Shown: positions 39,091 to 49,811, numbered from the stretch's first letter. The stretch: DNA of 64,000 nt from Patescibacteria group bacterium (GCA_018062825.1 JAGORL010000001.1:247074-311073), one strand, 5' to 3'. Made by a program: numbers and translations. Notes: generated by a model not told the origin, from the letters alone.

Positions 39091-40405
39091 GCACGCCATC
39101 GGTGACGGCCCAATCGTGTACTGGATGAATCGTGAACTGCGCTCCAAAGAGAACGCAGCGCTTTTGTACGCGCAAGAAATTGCCATTGAACACAAGCGGC
39201 CTCTCATTGTCGTTTACAATCTAGTTGCAAATTATCTCGGTGGCGGTACTCGGCAATTTGATTTTAAAACATCATCATTTACTGAACTGCACGAAGCGTT
39301 CGCAGTAAAAGAGATCCCGTGGCACGTCATTGTCGGTGAAAGCGAAGAGCTGATTACCTTCTTCACTAAGCATAACGCCGGCGCTGTTATAACTGACATG
39401 TGCCCACTACGCATTTCGCAAAAGTGGGTGAGTGCAATTGCAAAAAAGATGCCGGTTGCGGTTATTGAAGTGGACGCACACAACATCGTGCCTGTCTGGA
39501 CTGCATCTTCTAAGCAGGAATTCGCAGCCCGCACGCTGCGCCCCAAGCTTCATAAGCTCTTGCCTGACTACCTGATCGAACTCCCTCCGTTACGCAAACA
39601 CCCATTTCCAGCGCCTGGAGCGCCATATCATGACGCCGTGATTAAAAAGCTCCGTGCTCCTCTGAAAGAGATGATGCCGGTGTCATTTATTTCAGGAGAG
39701 AAGGCTGCGCATAAGGCTCTACAGGATTTTTTAAAGCATCGACTCATAGGTTACGCAGAGCGTCGCAACGATCCAACCAAAGATGGTATCTCCCATCTGT
39801 CACCATACTTGCACTACGGCATGATTGCGCCACTGACGGTAGCGTTAGCTGTTCGTGGGGCTGATGCGCCACGCGCTGACAGGGATGCGTATCTTGAAGA
39901 ACTCATTGTGCGCCGCGAGCTCGCTGATAATTTCTGTTTTTACAATCCGTACTACGATAGCGCGGAAGGATTTCCTAATTGGTCCAAAGCAACACTTGAT
40001 CAGCATGCTAAAGACAAACGAGACAGTCTCTACTCGTACATGCAATTTGAGAAATCACAAACACATGACCCATTGTGGAACGCAGCGCAGCGGCAAATGG
40101 TGCAGTCGGGAAAGATGCACGGTTACTTGCGTATGTACTGGGCAAAGAAGATCTTAGAATGGACGCCATCAGTTGCAGAAGCAATGCGCATCGCAATTAA
40201 ATTGAACGATACGTATGAACTTGATGGTCGTGATCCAAACGGGTACGTAGGAATTGCGTGGTCAATTGGTGGCGTGCACGATCGTGCATGGTTTCCGCGA
40301 CCAATTTTTGGCACAGTGCGTTACATGAGTGCAAATGGGTGTGCAAGTAAGTTTGATGTTGATGCATACATTGCACATTGGAGTGGCGTGCAGAAACTCA
40401 TGTAG
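39047..40405 (+). CDS. phr: deoxyribodipyrimidine photolyase, class II
   Basis: GPIVYWMNRELR N-terminus and GKMHGYLRMYWAKKILEW FAD-binding signature. Start overlaps the previous gene by about 44 nt; ORF track starts at 39017. Confidence 0.9.
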   Translation: MHISQLARHSRARNKHAIGDGPIVYWMNRELRSKENAALLYAQEIAIEHKRPLIVVYNLVANYLGGGTRQFDFKTSSFTELHEAFAVKEIPWHVIVGESEELITFFTKHNAGAVITDMCPLRISQKWVSAIAKKMPVAVIEVDAHNIVPVWTASSKQEFAARTLRPKLHKLLPDYLIELPPLRKHPFPAPGAPYHDAVIKKLRAPLKEMMPVSFISGEKAAHKALQDFLKHRLIGYAERRNDPTKDGISHLSPYLHYGMIAPLTVALAVRGADAPRADRDAYLEELIVRRELADNFCFYNPYYDSAEGFPNWSKATLDQHAKDKRDSLYSYMQFEKSQTHDPLWNAAQRQMVQSGKMHGYLRMYWAKKILEWTPSVAEAMRIAIKLNDTYELDGRDPNGYVGIAWSIGGVHDRAWFPRPIFGTVRYMSANGCASKFDVDAYIAHWSGVQKLM

Positions 40406-40482
40406 CGTACCTGTTGATGAATAGGCTTGTGATGTACGCGCATCGCACATATGATGAGTGAGACTTGTCATCACAAAAAACT

Positions 40483-40968
40483 ATGCGCATTACCTCACCA
40501 GCGTTTCGCAATGGAGAGAAGATCCCACCACAGTTCACCTGTGATGGCGACGACGTCAATCCAGAATTGCGAATCACTGGCACGCCAGCGAGTGCAAAGA
40601 GCGTAGTTATCATTGTTGATGACCCAGCTTCACCAAGTGGTAACTGGTTGCACTGGAGCTTGTGGAATCTTGATCCAAAAATTTCCATCATTGAGGAGGA
40701 TAGCGTGCCGCGCGGCGCCGTACTGGGGGAGACTGATTTTTCTGAAGTCGGGTATGGTGGTCCGTGTCCAAGTTACGGAGAGCATGAATATCGCTTCATG
40801 GTCTTTGCCCTTGATACCACGCTTGCGTTGGCTGAGGGCGCACCACGCCACATTTTAGAAGCTGCCATGGACGGTCACATTATTGATGAAGCCTCGCTTA
40901 CCGGTCGCTACCAGCGCGTAAAGAAAGAACCCCGTGTCTCCAAAAAACGAGCAACTGTTAAGGCTTAG
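40483..40968 (+). CDS. YbhB/YbcL-family Raf-kinase-inhibitor-like (PEBP) protein
   Basis: FTCDGDDVNP, DPASPSG.W.HW and YGGPCP.G.H.Y.F motifs. Confidence 0.85.
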   Translation: MRITSPAFRNGEKIPPQFTCDGDDVNPELRITGTPASAKSVVIIVDDPASPSGNWLHWSLWNLDPKISIIEEDSVPRGAVLGETDFSEVGYGGPCPSYGEHEYRFMVFALDTTLALAEGAPRHILEAAMDGHIIDEASLTGRYQRVKKEPRVSKKRATVKA

Positions 40969-41023
40969 GAACTTGTACCAGGGGTGCCTAGACGAAGGGG
41001 CTAGAGGTTTGTAAGCTCACCCC

Positions 41024-42892
41024 ATGCAGGACGTAAAAGAGCTCATTAAGGCCAAGGTCGATGTCGCTGACCTGATTGCCGACTACGTTCCATTGAAGCC
41101 CGCCGGCAGCGGGAGTTTTAAAGGTGTCTGCCCATTTCACGCGGAGCGCACGCCGTCGTTTCATGTCAGCCGAGAGCGCCAGATCTGGCGTTGTTTTGGT
41201 TGTGATAAAGGGGGAGACGTCTTCTCCTTCATGATGGAAATGGAAGGCGTTACGTTTCCTGAAGCTCTGCGCTTACTTGGTACAAGAGTTGGTGTTGAAG
41301 TGCCGGAGTATCGCCCGGTTAGTAAAGAGCAGGCTTCAAAAAGAGAGACATCGCTGCAGATTCATGACGTTGCTGCTAAGTACTACGCTGCGCTTCTTGA
41401 GCGATCAAGTGAAGGCAAAATCGCTCGTGAGTACGTTGCGTCCCGAAAGCTAAGTCCCGAGCTCATTGCTAAGTTTCAGATCGGTGCCGCGAGTGACGCC
41501 TGGGATGGCCTAACGCGCCTACTCAAGCAAAAAGGATACACCGAGCAAGCAATGCTTGAGAGCGGTTTGTGCTTAAAGCGTAAAACAGGTGACGGTCTAG
41601 TTGATCGTTTTCGTAATCGTTTAATGATTCCGATCTGCGACGCTCAAGGCAAAGTGATCGCTTTCACTGGTCGCATTATTCCGGCCGCTGTCCCAGTGGG
41701 TGTTGATCCAGGTGGCAAATATGTCAATTCACCAGAAACCGAGATCTTCAAAAAAGGTGAAGCACTCTATGGTTTGCATCTAGCAAAGACCGCCATTCGC
41801 AAGTCAGGTGAGGCGATTATTGTTGAAGGCAACCTAGATGTCGTCGCATCCCACAAGGCTAATGTTGAAAATGTCGTCGCCGCCTCTGGCACCGCGTTAA
41901 CCGAAGCGCAGTTGCGCTTGCTTTCACGCTACACTAAGCGCATCACATTTTGCCTTGATGATGACGATGCCGGCTTTGCCGCTGCTAAACGCGTTTTAGA
42001 ACTTGCTATCAAATTACAGTCAGCCCACGATTCTCTACGTTTAGAGGTGCGTTGTTTATCTATTCCGGAAGGCCTTGGCAAAGATCCGGATGACGTTGTC
42101 ACCAAAAGCCCGGAAGCTTGGCAACAGATCGTCACGCACAGCGAGGAGGCTATTGAGTACTTTTTCAAAAAGACCCTGCGGCGCTTTGAAGAGGCGGGTG
42201 GAGCAGGGAATGTAAACGAGCGCACCAATTTGATCGACGAACTCTTGCCAGAGGTTGCGCGTTTGCGCCGTCCGGATGAGCGTCACCTCTACCTGTTGCG
42301 TTTAGCTGATGTCACCCACGTTGATACGGATATTTTGCGGGAAATGCTCGCAGCCGAGGTTGCTAAGCGTTCAAAAGAGTCTTTGGGTCCAGCGTTGCAG
42401 TCAACCAAAGCGAAAGTGCCCGTTGAAAACACCCAAAGCAAGGCAGCCGCCTTTTTACTAGGCATCGCGCTCGTCTACGAGGAGCTTATTCCGCATATTT
42501 TGGCTGACGTTAAAGAAGAATTAATCACTGATCCGTGGAAAACGCTTTACGCCCATCTGCGCGTCCTGTATACTCATTCCGAACTGCCGCCTTCCTCTGA
42601 CACGCAAATAAACCCATTTTCGCGTCTTCGGGCATATCTCGATGCACAAGGAGAAGGATCGCTTACGAGCGTCCTTGACTCACTTGCGCTAAGAACTGAC
42701 GAGATCCTTGCCGGACTGACGCCCGAGCAGATCAGAGGTGAAGTTGATCGGCACCGCGAGCTCTTTTCTGATGTCTTCAGAAAACAGCACCGCAAAGAAC
42801 TCGAGGCTGCAATTCGGCAAGCCGAACTATCCGGCGATACCGACCGCCTTACCGAGCTTCTCACACAATATTCTTTGTTGCTGCGCACTTAG
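41024..42892 (+). CDS. dnaG: DNA primase
   Basis: Zinc-binding CPFH..CFGC and a TOPRIM domain (EGNLDV, DDDDAG). Confidence 0.95.
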   Translation: MQDVKELIKAKVDVADLIADYVPLKPAGSGSFKGVCPFHAERTPSFHVSRERQIWRCFGCDKGGDVFSFMMEMEGVTFPEALRLLGTRVGVEVPEYRPVSKEQASKRETSLQIHDVAAKYYAALLERSSEGKIAREYVASRKLSPELIAKFQIGAASDAWDGLTRLLKQKGYTEQAMLESGLCLKRKTGDGLVDRFRNRLMIPICDAQGKVIAFTGRIIPAAVPVGVDPGGKYVNSPETEIFKKGEALYGLHLAKTAIRKSGEAIIVEGNLDVVASHKANVENVVAASGTALTEAQLRLLSRYTKRITFCLDDDDAGFAAAKRVLELAIKLQSAHDSLRLEVRCLSIPEGLGKDPDDVVTKSPEAWQQIVTHSEEAIEYFFKKTLRRFEEAGGAGNVNERTNLIDELLPEVARLRRPDERHLYLLRLADVTHVDTDILREMLAAEVAKRSKESLGPALQSTKAKVPVENTQSKAAAFLLGIALVYEELIPHILADVKEELITDPWKTLYAHLRVLYTHSELPPSSDTQINPFSRLRAYLDAQGEGSLTSVLDSLALRTDEILAGLTPEQIRGEVDRHRELFSDVFRKQHRKELEAAIRQAELSGDTDRLTELLTQYSLLLRT

Positions 42893-42937
42893 CGTACGCA
42901 ACGTAATGCCTGACGACATCGAAGGACCTGTCTTTTG

Positions 42938-44233
42938 ATGTTCGCCGTGACTATGGCTGCCAAAAAAACAACCCGTTCCGTGAAAAACGAAAAGAAAGAG
43001 GTAAAGGCTACCAAGAAGACCGTTGCTGCCAAAGCAAAGAGTAAGCCGGTAGCTAAAAAAGTCGCTGCTGCTCCTAAGAAGGCCGTAAAAGCCGTAGTCG
43101 CCGCACCGCGCCCGCAGCTCAAGCCAGATAAAAAGAGCGCCGCTCCAACAGAGGAGGTCTTGAATCGTATTATTGAGCGCGGCATGACCCGTGGCTTCAT
43201 TACCGAGAACGAACTTCTCTTTTCCTTTGGCTTCATTGAGGATCACCTGGATATCCTTGAGGAGCTTTTAGAAAAAATTGAACGCAAAGGTCTGCACTTC
43301 GTAGAAATGCGCGAAGGATTCCTCGGTGGCAACAAGTCACGTGATGAGGTATACGATAAGTTGCGTATCACGGTAGATAAAAAGGCTGACACCAGTGTTT
43401 CACTTGAGCTGACGCAAGATAGTATTCAAATGTACTTGCGTGAGATTGGTAAGATTCCGCTTTTGAATGCTGAAGAAGAGGTTGCTCTTGCTCGTCGTAA
43501 AGAGCGTGGAGATAAGGAGGCTGATCGCCGCCTGATTGAAGCGAACTTACGTCTTGTTGTTTCGATCGCTAAAAAGTTCGTTGGTAAGCAATTGTCTCTC
43601 CTTGATCTTATTCAGGAGGGTAACGTTGGCTTGTTCCGTGCCGTAAAGAAATTTGAGTACCGCAAAGGTTTCAAGTTCTCAACGTACGCCACCTGGTGGA
43701 TTCGCCAAGCGATTACCCGCGCGCTCGCTGACCAATCCCGCACCATTCGTATTCCAGTGCACATGGTAGAAACCATTAACCGTTTCAAGCAGGTTGAGCG
43801 CCGCCTCATTCAAGACCTTGGCCGCGAACCGCTTTTAGAAGAGTTAGCTGCGGAAATGGACCTACCTCTTGAGAAGGTACAGCACATTCAAAAGATCTCG
43901 CAGGAAACGGTTTCACTTGATACTTCAGTCGGTGATGACGATGACGATTCAAAGCTTGAAGACTTCATTGAGGACGTTAAGAACATCTCGCCAGATAAGG
44001 CCGCTGCTCGTCAGCTCTTGCGTGATTACGTCTTGGAAGCAATGAAAGATCTTACGCCACGCGAACAGAAGATTCTAGAGATGCGTTTCGGCTTAGAGGA
44101 CGGCGTTAGCCACACGCTTGAAGAGGTTGGTCGAGAATTCGATGTGACGCGTGAGCGTATTCGTCAGATTGAGGCTAAGGCGCTTGAGAAGATTCAGCAA
44201 AAAGAAATCATTCAAAAGCTTCGCGATTATTAA
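42938..44233 (+). CDS. rpoD: RNA polymerase sigma factor RpoD with an N-terminal lysine/alanine-rich histone-H1-like tail
   Basis: Regions 2-4 are recognisable ([49 protein letters not shown]). The N-terminus has [41 protein letters not shown]. Confidence 0.95.
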   Translation: MFAVTMAAKKTTRSVKNEKKEVKATKKTVAAKAKSKPVAKKVAAAPKKAVKAVVAAPRPQLKPDKKSAAPTEEVLNRIIERGMTRGFITENELLFSFGFIEDHLDILEELLEKIERKGLHFVEMREGFLGGNKSRDEVYDKLRITVDKKADTSVSLELTQDSIQMYLREIGKIPLLNAEEEVALARRKERGDKEADRRLIEANLRLVVSIAKKFVGKQLSLLDLIQEGNVGLFRAVKKFEYRKGFKFSTYATWWIRQAITRALADQSRTIRIPVHMVETINRFKQVERRLIQDLGREPLLEELAAEMDLPLEKVQHIQKISQETVSLDTSVGDDDDDSKLEDFIEDVKNISPDKAAARQLLRDYVLEAMKDLTPREQKILEMRFGLEDGVSHTLEEVGREFDVTRERIRQIEAKALEKIQQKEIIQKLRDY

Positions 44234-44239
44234 AAACCT

Positions 44240-44941
44240 ATGCGACGTCTCTGGCTTCTTCCGCCGGTTATTGCTCTTGCCGGCTTATCAATCTACGTGA
44301 TTGTTCTATCACAGCAGGTCAAAACGCTATCTGAGCGAGCCATTGCTAATGAAGTGATCTTGGCACAAAGCAGTCTGTTGCCTCCGGAAGAAGATGCCAA
44401 ATGCTCACGTCGTCAGCATAGCTACGGACTCATTGATGAAGAATCATTACTTGCGTCCGTGGGCGCTACGCATACAGACATCGCAATTCCAGGTGAGACC
44501 TTTGTAGGCGCCTGCGAGTACTCGGGAACAACCTACCAATTGTATGATCGCACCGGTCTCGAATTTAATAGTCGAGAAACCGAAGGTGACAGCTGGGCGG
44601 TTGCTATGAGCACAGATGACGGTTGGGAAATTCTCAATTTCACCACGGCTGACACCTCTGCCGATTCACCACAGTGTTTTTTCTCAAGTCTCTTTGCACC
44701 AGTTAGGCGCGGTGAGCGAGAAAACCTGCACATCGAATGTGAATCAGTGCAAGGAGGATCAGTGCTTGGCACTGGTCTCGTACAAGAGTCATTCGTTGTT
44801 CAGCCAGCTATTCCAGAAGTAACCGCCTGGTACAGCTGTGTTTCTGAAGCGATTGTGATCAGTACCCCAGATAATCAAGGTGTGAAGCAAATTAATAATG
44901 TAACTTGTACGTCGGTTTACGAACAGGGAATTGAAGAGTAG
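44240..44941 (+). CDS. hypothetical membrane-anchored secreted protein
   Basis: N-terminal anchor LWLLPPVIALAGLSIYVIVL; Cys-containing exported domain. Confidence 0.5.
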   Translation: MRRLWLLPPVIALAGLSIYVIVLSQQVKTLSERAIANEVILAQSSLLPPEEDAKCSRRQHSYGLIDEESLLASVGATHTDIAIPGETFVGACEYSGTTYQLYDRTGLEFNSRETEGDSWAVAMSTDDGWEILNFTTADTSADSPQCFFSSLFAPVRRGERENLHIECESVQGGSVLGTGLVQESFVVQPAIPEVTAWYSCVSEAIVISTPDNQGVKQINNVTCTSVYEQGIEE

Positions 44942-44954
44942 TGCGGAAACAAAA

Positions 44955-44986
44955 AAGCACTGACATATTGTCAGTGCTTTTTTGTT
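44955..44986. terminator. bidirectional terminator AAGCACTGACA tat TGTCAGTGCTT followed by TTTTTT
   Basis: Perfect 11-bp stem flanked by A6 and T6 tracts, between convergent genes. Confidence 0.8.
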
Positions 44987-45000
44987 TAGCAATCTGTCGT

Positions 45001-46812
45001 TTAAACGTCGCTGGCGTTAGAGCGGCCTGAGCGCTTGCGTTCGTTTTCAGTGAGGAACTTCTTGCGCATGCGAACGTTTTCCGGCGTGACCTCTACGTAC
45101 TCGTCAGAGTCAATGTACTCAAGAGCTCGCTCAAGGTTCATGTCGATGGCCGGCGTAATAACCACGATGTGGTCAGCAGAGGAGGCGCGCATGTTAGTGA
45201 GCTGCTTTTCCTTGATAGCATTCACGGTCATGGTTTCCTTGGCGCTTTCACCGATCACCATGCCCTCATAAATCTCTGTACCTGGAGCAACGAACATAGC
45301 ACCGCGCTCCTGGATCATAGCAAGTGCGTACGGAGTGGTCTTACCAGTTTCGCCAGAAATGATTGAACCAGATGTGCGGCGGTTGATTTCACCCTTATGA
45401 GGAGCGTAACCAGAGAAGATGTGGGAGAAAGTTCCTTGTCCCTTGGTGATCGTCATGAACTCGGTGCGGAAGCCCAGGATACCGCGGGTTGGCATGGTGT
45501 ATTCCAGACGTGTTGAGCCATTTTCGCTCATCATGTTGGTCATGTCACCCTTGCGCTTGCCGAGCTTTTCAATCACGGAACCGGCGTATTCATCCGGTAC
45601 GTCGATAACCACAGACTCCATCGGCTCCATCTTGACGCCGTTTTCTGTCTTCATGATTACCTGTGGCTGGGAAACCTGGAGCTCAAAGCCTTCACGGCGC
45701 ATCTGCTCAATCAAGATAGCTAAGTGCATTTCACCACGACCAGAGACGCGGAACTCACCGTCACTGAGCGGGAACTCCACTTGTAGTCCAACGTTGATTT
45801 CAAGCTCGCGCTCCAAGCGCTCACGAATTTGGCGGGAAGTAACAAGTGAGCCTTCACGTCCCGCAAAAGGGGATGAGTTAGGCATGAAGTTCATGGTAAG
45901 CGTAGGGCCATCAATGGCGAGAGTTGGCAGAGCCTCAGCGTCTGGGGCTTCAGCAATCGTTTCACCTACGTAAATCTCTGGAAAACCAGCGACCTGCACA
46001 ATGTCACCAGCAACTGCTTCATTCACTTCAACCTTGGTCAAACCTTGGTGGGTGTAAAGCTTGGTGATCTTGCCGGTGTAACGATTGCCATCTTGCTTAA
46101 TAACCGTCACGGTTGAATTCATTTTGATCGTTCCCTCAACGATACGACCTACCGCAATACGACCAACATAGTTATCGTATTTAAGGTTGGCAACCTGCAT
46201 GACCATCGGCTTATCAGTTTCGCTCTTTGCTGCAGGAACAGACTTCAAGATGAGGTCAAACAACGGGCGCAAATTCTTGCTCTCATCATTAAGATCCATT
46301 TTAGCAATACCATCGCGACCGATGGTGTAAATGTGCTGGAAATCAAGCTGAGCATCGGTAGCTCCAAGCTCGACGAACAAGTCAAAAATCTGGTTATGAA
46401 CCCAGTCAGGGCGAGCTGTTGGCTTGTCGATCTTGTTGATAACAACAATCGGCTTCAAACCAAGCGCCAGCGACTTACGCAAAACGAACTTAGTCTGAGG
46501 CATTGGGCCCTCGTAGGCGTCTACAAGCAAAAGCACGGAGTCCACCATGCGAAGAACGCGCTCAACCTCGCTACCGAAGTCAGCGTGACCTGGGGTGTCA
46601 ACGATGTTGATCTTGACGCCATCAACGACGATCGCGGTGTTCTTTGCGTAAATGGTAATTCCGCGCTCTTTTTCAAGCTCGTTACTGTCCATGACGCAAT
46701 TTTCAATAACGTCACGATCAGAAAAGGTGCCAGACTGCTGAAGCATGGCGTCTACAAGTGTGGTCTTACCGTGGTCAACGTGAGCAATGATGGCGATGTT
46801 TCGAAATTCCAT
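45001..46812 (-). CDS. typA: translational GTPase TypA/BipA
   Basis: RNIAIIAHVDHGKTTLVD and DTPGHADF motifs. ATG (MEFRN) at 46812; the ORF-track extension to 46887 is rejected. Confidence 0.95.
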   Translation of the reverse strand: MEFRNIAIIAHVDHGKTTLVDAMLQQSGTFSDRDVIENCVMDSNELEKERGITIYAKNTAIVVDGVKINIVDTPGHADFGSEVERVLRMVDSVLLLVDAYEGPMPQTKFVLRKSLALGLKPIVVINKIDKPTARPDWVHNQIFDLFVELGATDAQLDFQHIYTIGRDGIAKMDLNDESKNLRPLFDLILKSVPAAKSETDKPMVMQVANLKYDNYVGRIAVGRIVEGTIKMNSTVTVIKQDGNRYTGKITKLYTHQGLTKVEVNEAVAGDIVQVAGFPEIYVGETIAEAPDAEALPTLAIDGPTLTMNFMPNSSPFAGREGSLVTSRQIRERLERELEINVGLQVEFPLSDGEFRVSGRGEMHLAILIEQMRREGFELQVSQPQVIMKTENGVKMEPMESVVIDVPDEYAGSVIEKLGKRKGDMTNMMSENGSTRLEYTMPTRGILGFRTEFMTITKGQGTFSHIFSGYAPHKGEINRRTSGSIISGETGKTTPYALAMIQERGAMFVAPGTEIYEGMVIGESAKETMTVNAIKEKQLTNMRASSADHIVVITPAIDMNLERALEYIDSDEYVEVTPENVRMRKKFLTENERKRSGRSNASDV

Positions 46813-46830
46813 AGGGTGAAAATTGACCGA

Positions 46831-46859
46831 ATGATAGCTGATTTTTTTGTTTTTGGCAA
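46831..46859 (-). promoter_or_regulatory. sigma70-like promoter TTGCCA-17-TATCAT for typA (minus strand)
   Basis: Reverse complement of 46831..46859. The -10 lies about 18 nt upstream of the ATG, so the leader is short. Confidence 0.45.
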
Positions 46860-46885
46860 GTCGTAAGGGGGATGGAGTGAAAATC

Positions 46886-46913
46886 AAAAAACGGCCAGTA
46901 TTGGCCGTTTTTA
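46886..46913 (-). terminator. terminator hairpin ACGGCCA gtat TGGCCGT flanked by A and T tracts
   Basis: Immediately downstream of the minus-strand gene whose stop is at 46914. Confidence 0.65.
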
Positions 46914-48383
46914 TTAATCTTCGTAACGGATAAGCTCGTTTGCAAAGAATTCCTCTGCTCCTTGACCTAGCTCCTTGGCCTCACTAAACACCTTCTCAGC
47001 CCTTGCTTCCTGTGCTTGCAGAAGGGCGTCGACCATCTTATGCACCGAGCCGTTCGGATTTTTTTCAAGGGCTGCGAGCTTTTTTAGCGCCAGTTCAGCA
47101 TCTTGTTCGGCCTCTCGAAACTGCTCAATGCCGGCTTGCAAAGGCTTACCGTCATAGTTTGTTGAATCTTGCATGAAGCCATCGCGAATGATGTTGTGGG
47201 TATTCCAGCCACTAAGTGATGTGCCAACCTGTGTCCACTCATTATCTAGGTGAATGATCGCGCGGATGCTTTCCTTGGCGGCATTGGCAGCATCTTGGCG
47301 GAGTTCAGGGTTGGCATCAACATCGAGCGCTTCCAGTACCTCCATTGAAAAGGCATCCGCAAAATCATAACGCTCTTGCTTGTCTTTGGCGCGATGGTCA
47401 GCGTAATGCGCTGAATAATTATCAGCGTCATATTCATACATGCCATACATACCCATGCGAATATCTGGTGCCTGAAGAACGCTATTACGCATAACGTCCG
47501 CATGTGTACGCAGATTAGCTGGCGAGTAATCGGTAAGCGCGCTGAGCATGCCGGTAAACTCTTGGTTATGCTGCATGCGCAATTGATCACCATACGCATC
47601 GAAAACTTTGCGTACATCAAGCTTTTGTCCGCTGTCGGTGGCGTACGATCCGGTATTAGCTTCGATCATGCTAAAAAGCGCCTTGGCACGAGTCTTGTTA
47701 AAATCAGCTTCACGTTTTGTGAGGCCAGAAGTATCTGGATTCAGGAGCTGGTCTGTCCAGGTGTCATTGAGGAGGCTGAGCATTTCCGCGCGCGTCGCCG
47801 CTTCACCTCCTTCAAAGGTGATCGTTTCCTTCATGTCAGTAAGATGCTCAAAGCGTAGACCGTGATCACGTGCCGCACGTTCAATGGTTGTATCAAGAAT
47901 CTCGGCATGAATAGCCTCACGCGCTTCACCACGTTCAAACGATGTCTCGATCGCTTCCTTGCCAGTCGAGATGGATTGCCCGATGCCAAAAAGTCCAGCG
48001 GCACCAAAGAGCACTTTTCCCACTTTTGATTGAGCAAATTTACGCAGGACCTGATTTCCGCGGTAGGAGGCAAAATCCTCTTCTGTTGGATCACTGTCAT
48101 CAATGCTATCGGGCGACTTGAGAGATTCGCTCAAGATTGAGTGCTCTGGAATGGCGGTAAAATCTTTAGGCAAGGTTTCAGCACTAAGAGCCTGAAGAAA
48201 GGCTTTATCAAGGAGTCGTGCTCGAAGTTCCGCGGGGGATACGATCTGCTCTGTGGCTGGGGCCTCAGCGGCTTCTGCAAAATCAGCGCCTTTCTCATGG
48301 CGATTAGCCTCTTTGCGTTCTGGGATACGCGGCTTTTCACTTGGTGAAACTGCGCCAACTCCAGATTCTCGTCCATGCATCAT
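46914..48383 (-). CDS. large hydrophilic hypothetical protein (about 490 aa), divergent from the ECF sigma gene
   Basis: ORF track start 48536 would overlap the divergent sigma gene; internal ATG (MMHGRESG) chosen. Acidic and helical; no recognised motif. Confidence 0.45.
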   Translation of the reverse strand: MMHGRESGVGAVSPSEKPRIPERKEANRHEKGADFAEAAEAPATEQIVSPAELRARLLDKAFLQALSAETLPKDFTAIPEHSILSESLKSPDSIDDSDPTEEDFASYRGNQVLRKFAQSKVGKVLFGAAGLFGIGQSISTGKEAIETSFERGEAREAIHAEILDTTIERAARDHGLRFEHLTDMKETITFEGGEAATRAEMLSLLNDTWTDQLLNPDTSGLTKREADFNKTRAKALFSMIEANTGSYATDSGQKLDVRKVFDAYGDQLRMQHNQEFTGMLSALTDYSPANLRTHADVMRNSVLQAPDIRMGMYGMYEYDADNYSAHYADHRAKDKQERYDFADAFSMEVLEALDVDANPELRQDAANAAKESIRAIIHLDNEWTQVGTSLSGWNTHNIIRDGFMQDSTNYDGKPLQAGIEQFREAEQDAELALKKLAALEKNPNGSVHKMVDALLQAQEARAEKVFSEAKELGQGAEEFFANELIRYED

Positions 48384-48477
48384 ATGTGAGCAGTTTACAG
48401 GCCTAGAACCGGCCTTAATAGGGCATGTGGGGATAGGAATTGAAAGATTTTGAGAAAGGGCGCGTACTATAAGGTAC

Positions 48478-49032
48478 ATGGCCGTGAATCTGACAGATGC
48501 GCAGCTTGTTGCAGAAACCCTGCGGCACCCGCACATGTTTCGAGAAATCGTGCAGCGCTACGAAGCGCCTCTTTTGCGATACATTCGTCGCCTTGGTCTT
48601 CATGATGAAGCAGAGGATATTTTGCAGGATTCATTTTTAAAAGCCTATCGTTATTTAGGAAGTTTTGACCCATCGTTGAAATTCTCTTCCTGGATGTATC
48701 GTATTGCCCACAATACCGCCATGAGCGCTCACCGAGCTCGTCAGGTGCGCCCAGTAGTTGAAAGAAGCGAGGAATCGCAGAAAGCATATGACTCCATGGC
48801 CGCCGAGCTCGATGTCAGTCAAGACTTGGATCAAGAAATACTCAAAGAACATCTAGAGGAAGCGCTCGCTCGGATTGATAAAAAGTATCAGGCTGTCATT
48901 GTACTCAGATACTTTGAGGAACGAACGTACGATGAAATATCGGACATTCTCAGACTGCCGGTAAAGACCGTCGGCACACTCCTACATCGCGCCAAGAAAC
49001 AGTTGCAAGATAAAGTCACTCCAGGCCTATGA
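48478..49032 (+). CDS. ECF-type sigma-70 family RNA polymerase sigma factor
   Basis: Region 2 (LLRYIRRLGLHDEAEDILQDSFLKAYR) and region 4 (YDEISDILRLPVKTVGTLLHRAKK). Confidence 0.85.
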   Translation: MAVNLTDAQLVAETLRHPHMFREIVQRYEAPLLRYIRRLGLHDEAEDILQDSFLKAYRYLGSFDPSLKFSSWMYRIAHNTAMSAHRARQVRPVVERSEESQKAYDSMAAELDVSQDLDQEILKEHLEEALARIDKKYQAVIVLRYFEERTYDEISDILRLPVKTVGTLLHRAKKQLQDKVTPGL

Positions 49033-49796
49033 CAAACCTCGCTGATACCATTCTCAAAAAAGTCGAGGACGATAAAATCACCCCAATTCCGGCGTGGTAC
49101 TTCACGCTCGTGAATATCGGGTTCTGGGCCATGTGGGCCGCTTCGCTGCTTCTAGGTGGCGCAAGCATGACCATGATTATCTTCATGCTCGTTCACGCTG
49201 GTTGGGAATTCCAGCCAGTAGTAACGCCATCACCCGCGCGTTTCTTAGGGCTTGTCATTCCGTATTTGTGGATCGCTTCACTTGGTGTGATGGTGGTTTT
49301 AAGTTGGTTTCAGATTCGCCACACGCGCCACGGGTACAAATACTCATTTACGTGGCTTATTATCGTTAGCCTGTTGGCGAGCATCATCTTTGGCTTTGCG
49401 GGTTACCTTTTTGGCGTTGGTCGCCTGATTGATAACGCGGGTTGGCGATATGCCGGTCCTGTCTATGAGCGTTTCCAGCCACAGCCGCTTAAAAATATGC
49501 CGCAGGAGTACGGTTTATTGGCGGGTGTTGTGGTTGAAAAGCCGGCAGACCAACTGGTTATTATTAGAACGTTTAACGGCGAACGTTGGACGGTTTCTGT
49601 TGCTCGTTTGAGTAGTCAGGATTTGGCAAAGCTTGAAGAGGTGCGTCGGGTGCTGTTCCATGGTTATGTTCTTGAAGTTGAAAAAACCTTCGAGGCCTGT
49701 GAAATCATTGAGCCAATGATGGTGCGTGAAAGAAAGGAAGTGCCAAAACGTATTACTGATTGTGAAGGGCAAGAGGCCTCTTCCTTTCATGAGTAA
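49029..49796 (+). CDS. membrane protein, candidate anti-sigma factor
   Basis: ATGA overlap with the sigma gene stop; 4 predicted TM segments plus a C-terminal soluble domain. Assignment rests on operon position only. Confidence 0.4.
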   Translation: MTNLADTILKKVEDDKITPIPAWYFTLVNIGFWAMWAASLLLGGASMTMIIFMLVHAGWEFQPVVTPSPARFLGLVIPYLWIASLGVMVVLSWFQIRHTRHGYKYSFTWLIIVSLLASIIFGFAGYLFGVGRLIDNAGWRYAGPVYERFQPQPLKNMPQEYGLLAGVVVEKPADQLVIIRTFNGERWTVSVARLSSQDLAKLEEVRRVLFHGYVLEVEKTFEACEIIEPMMVRERKEVPKRITDCEGQEASSFHE

Positions 49797-49811
49797 TTTA
49801 TAAAACTTTCT

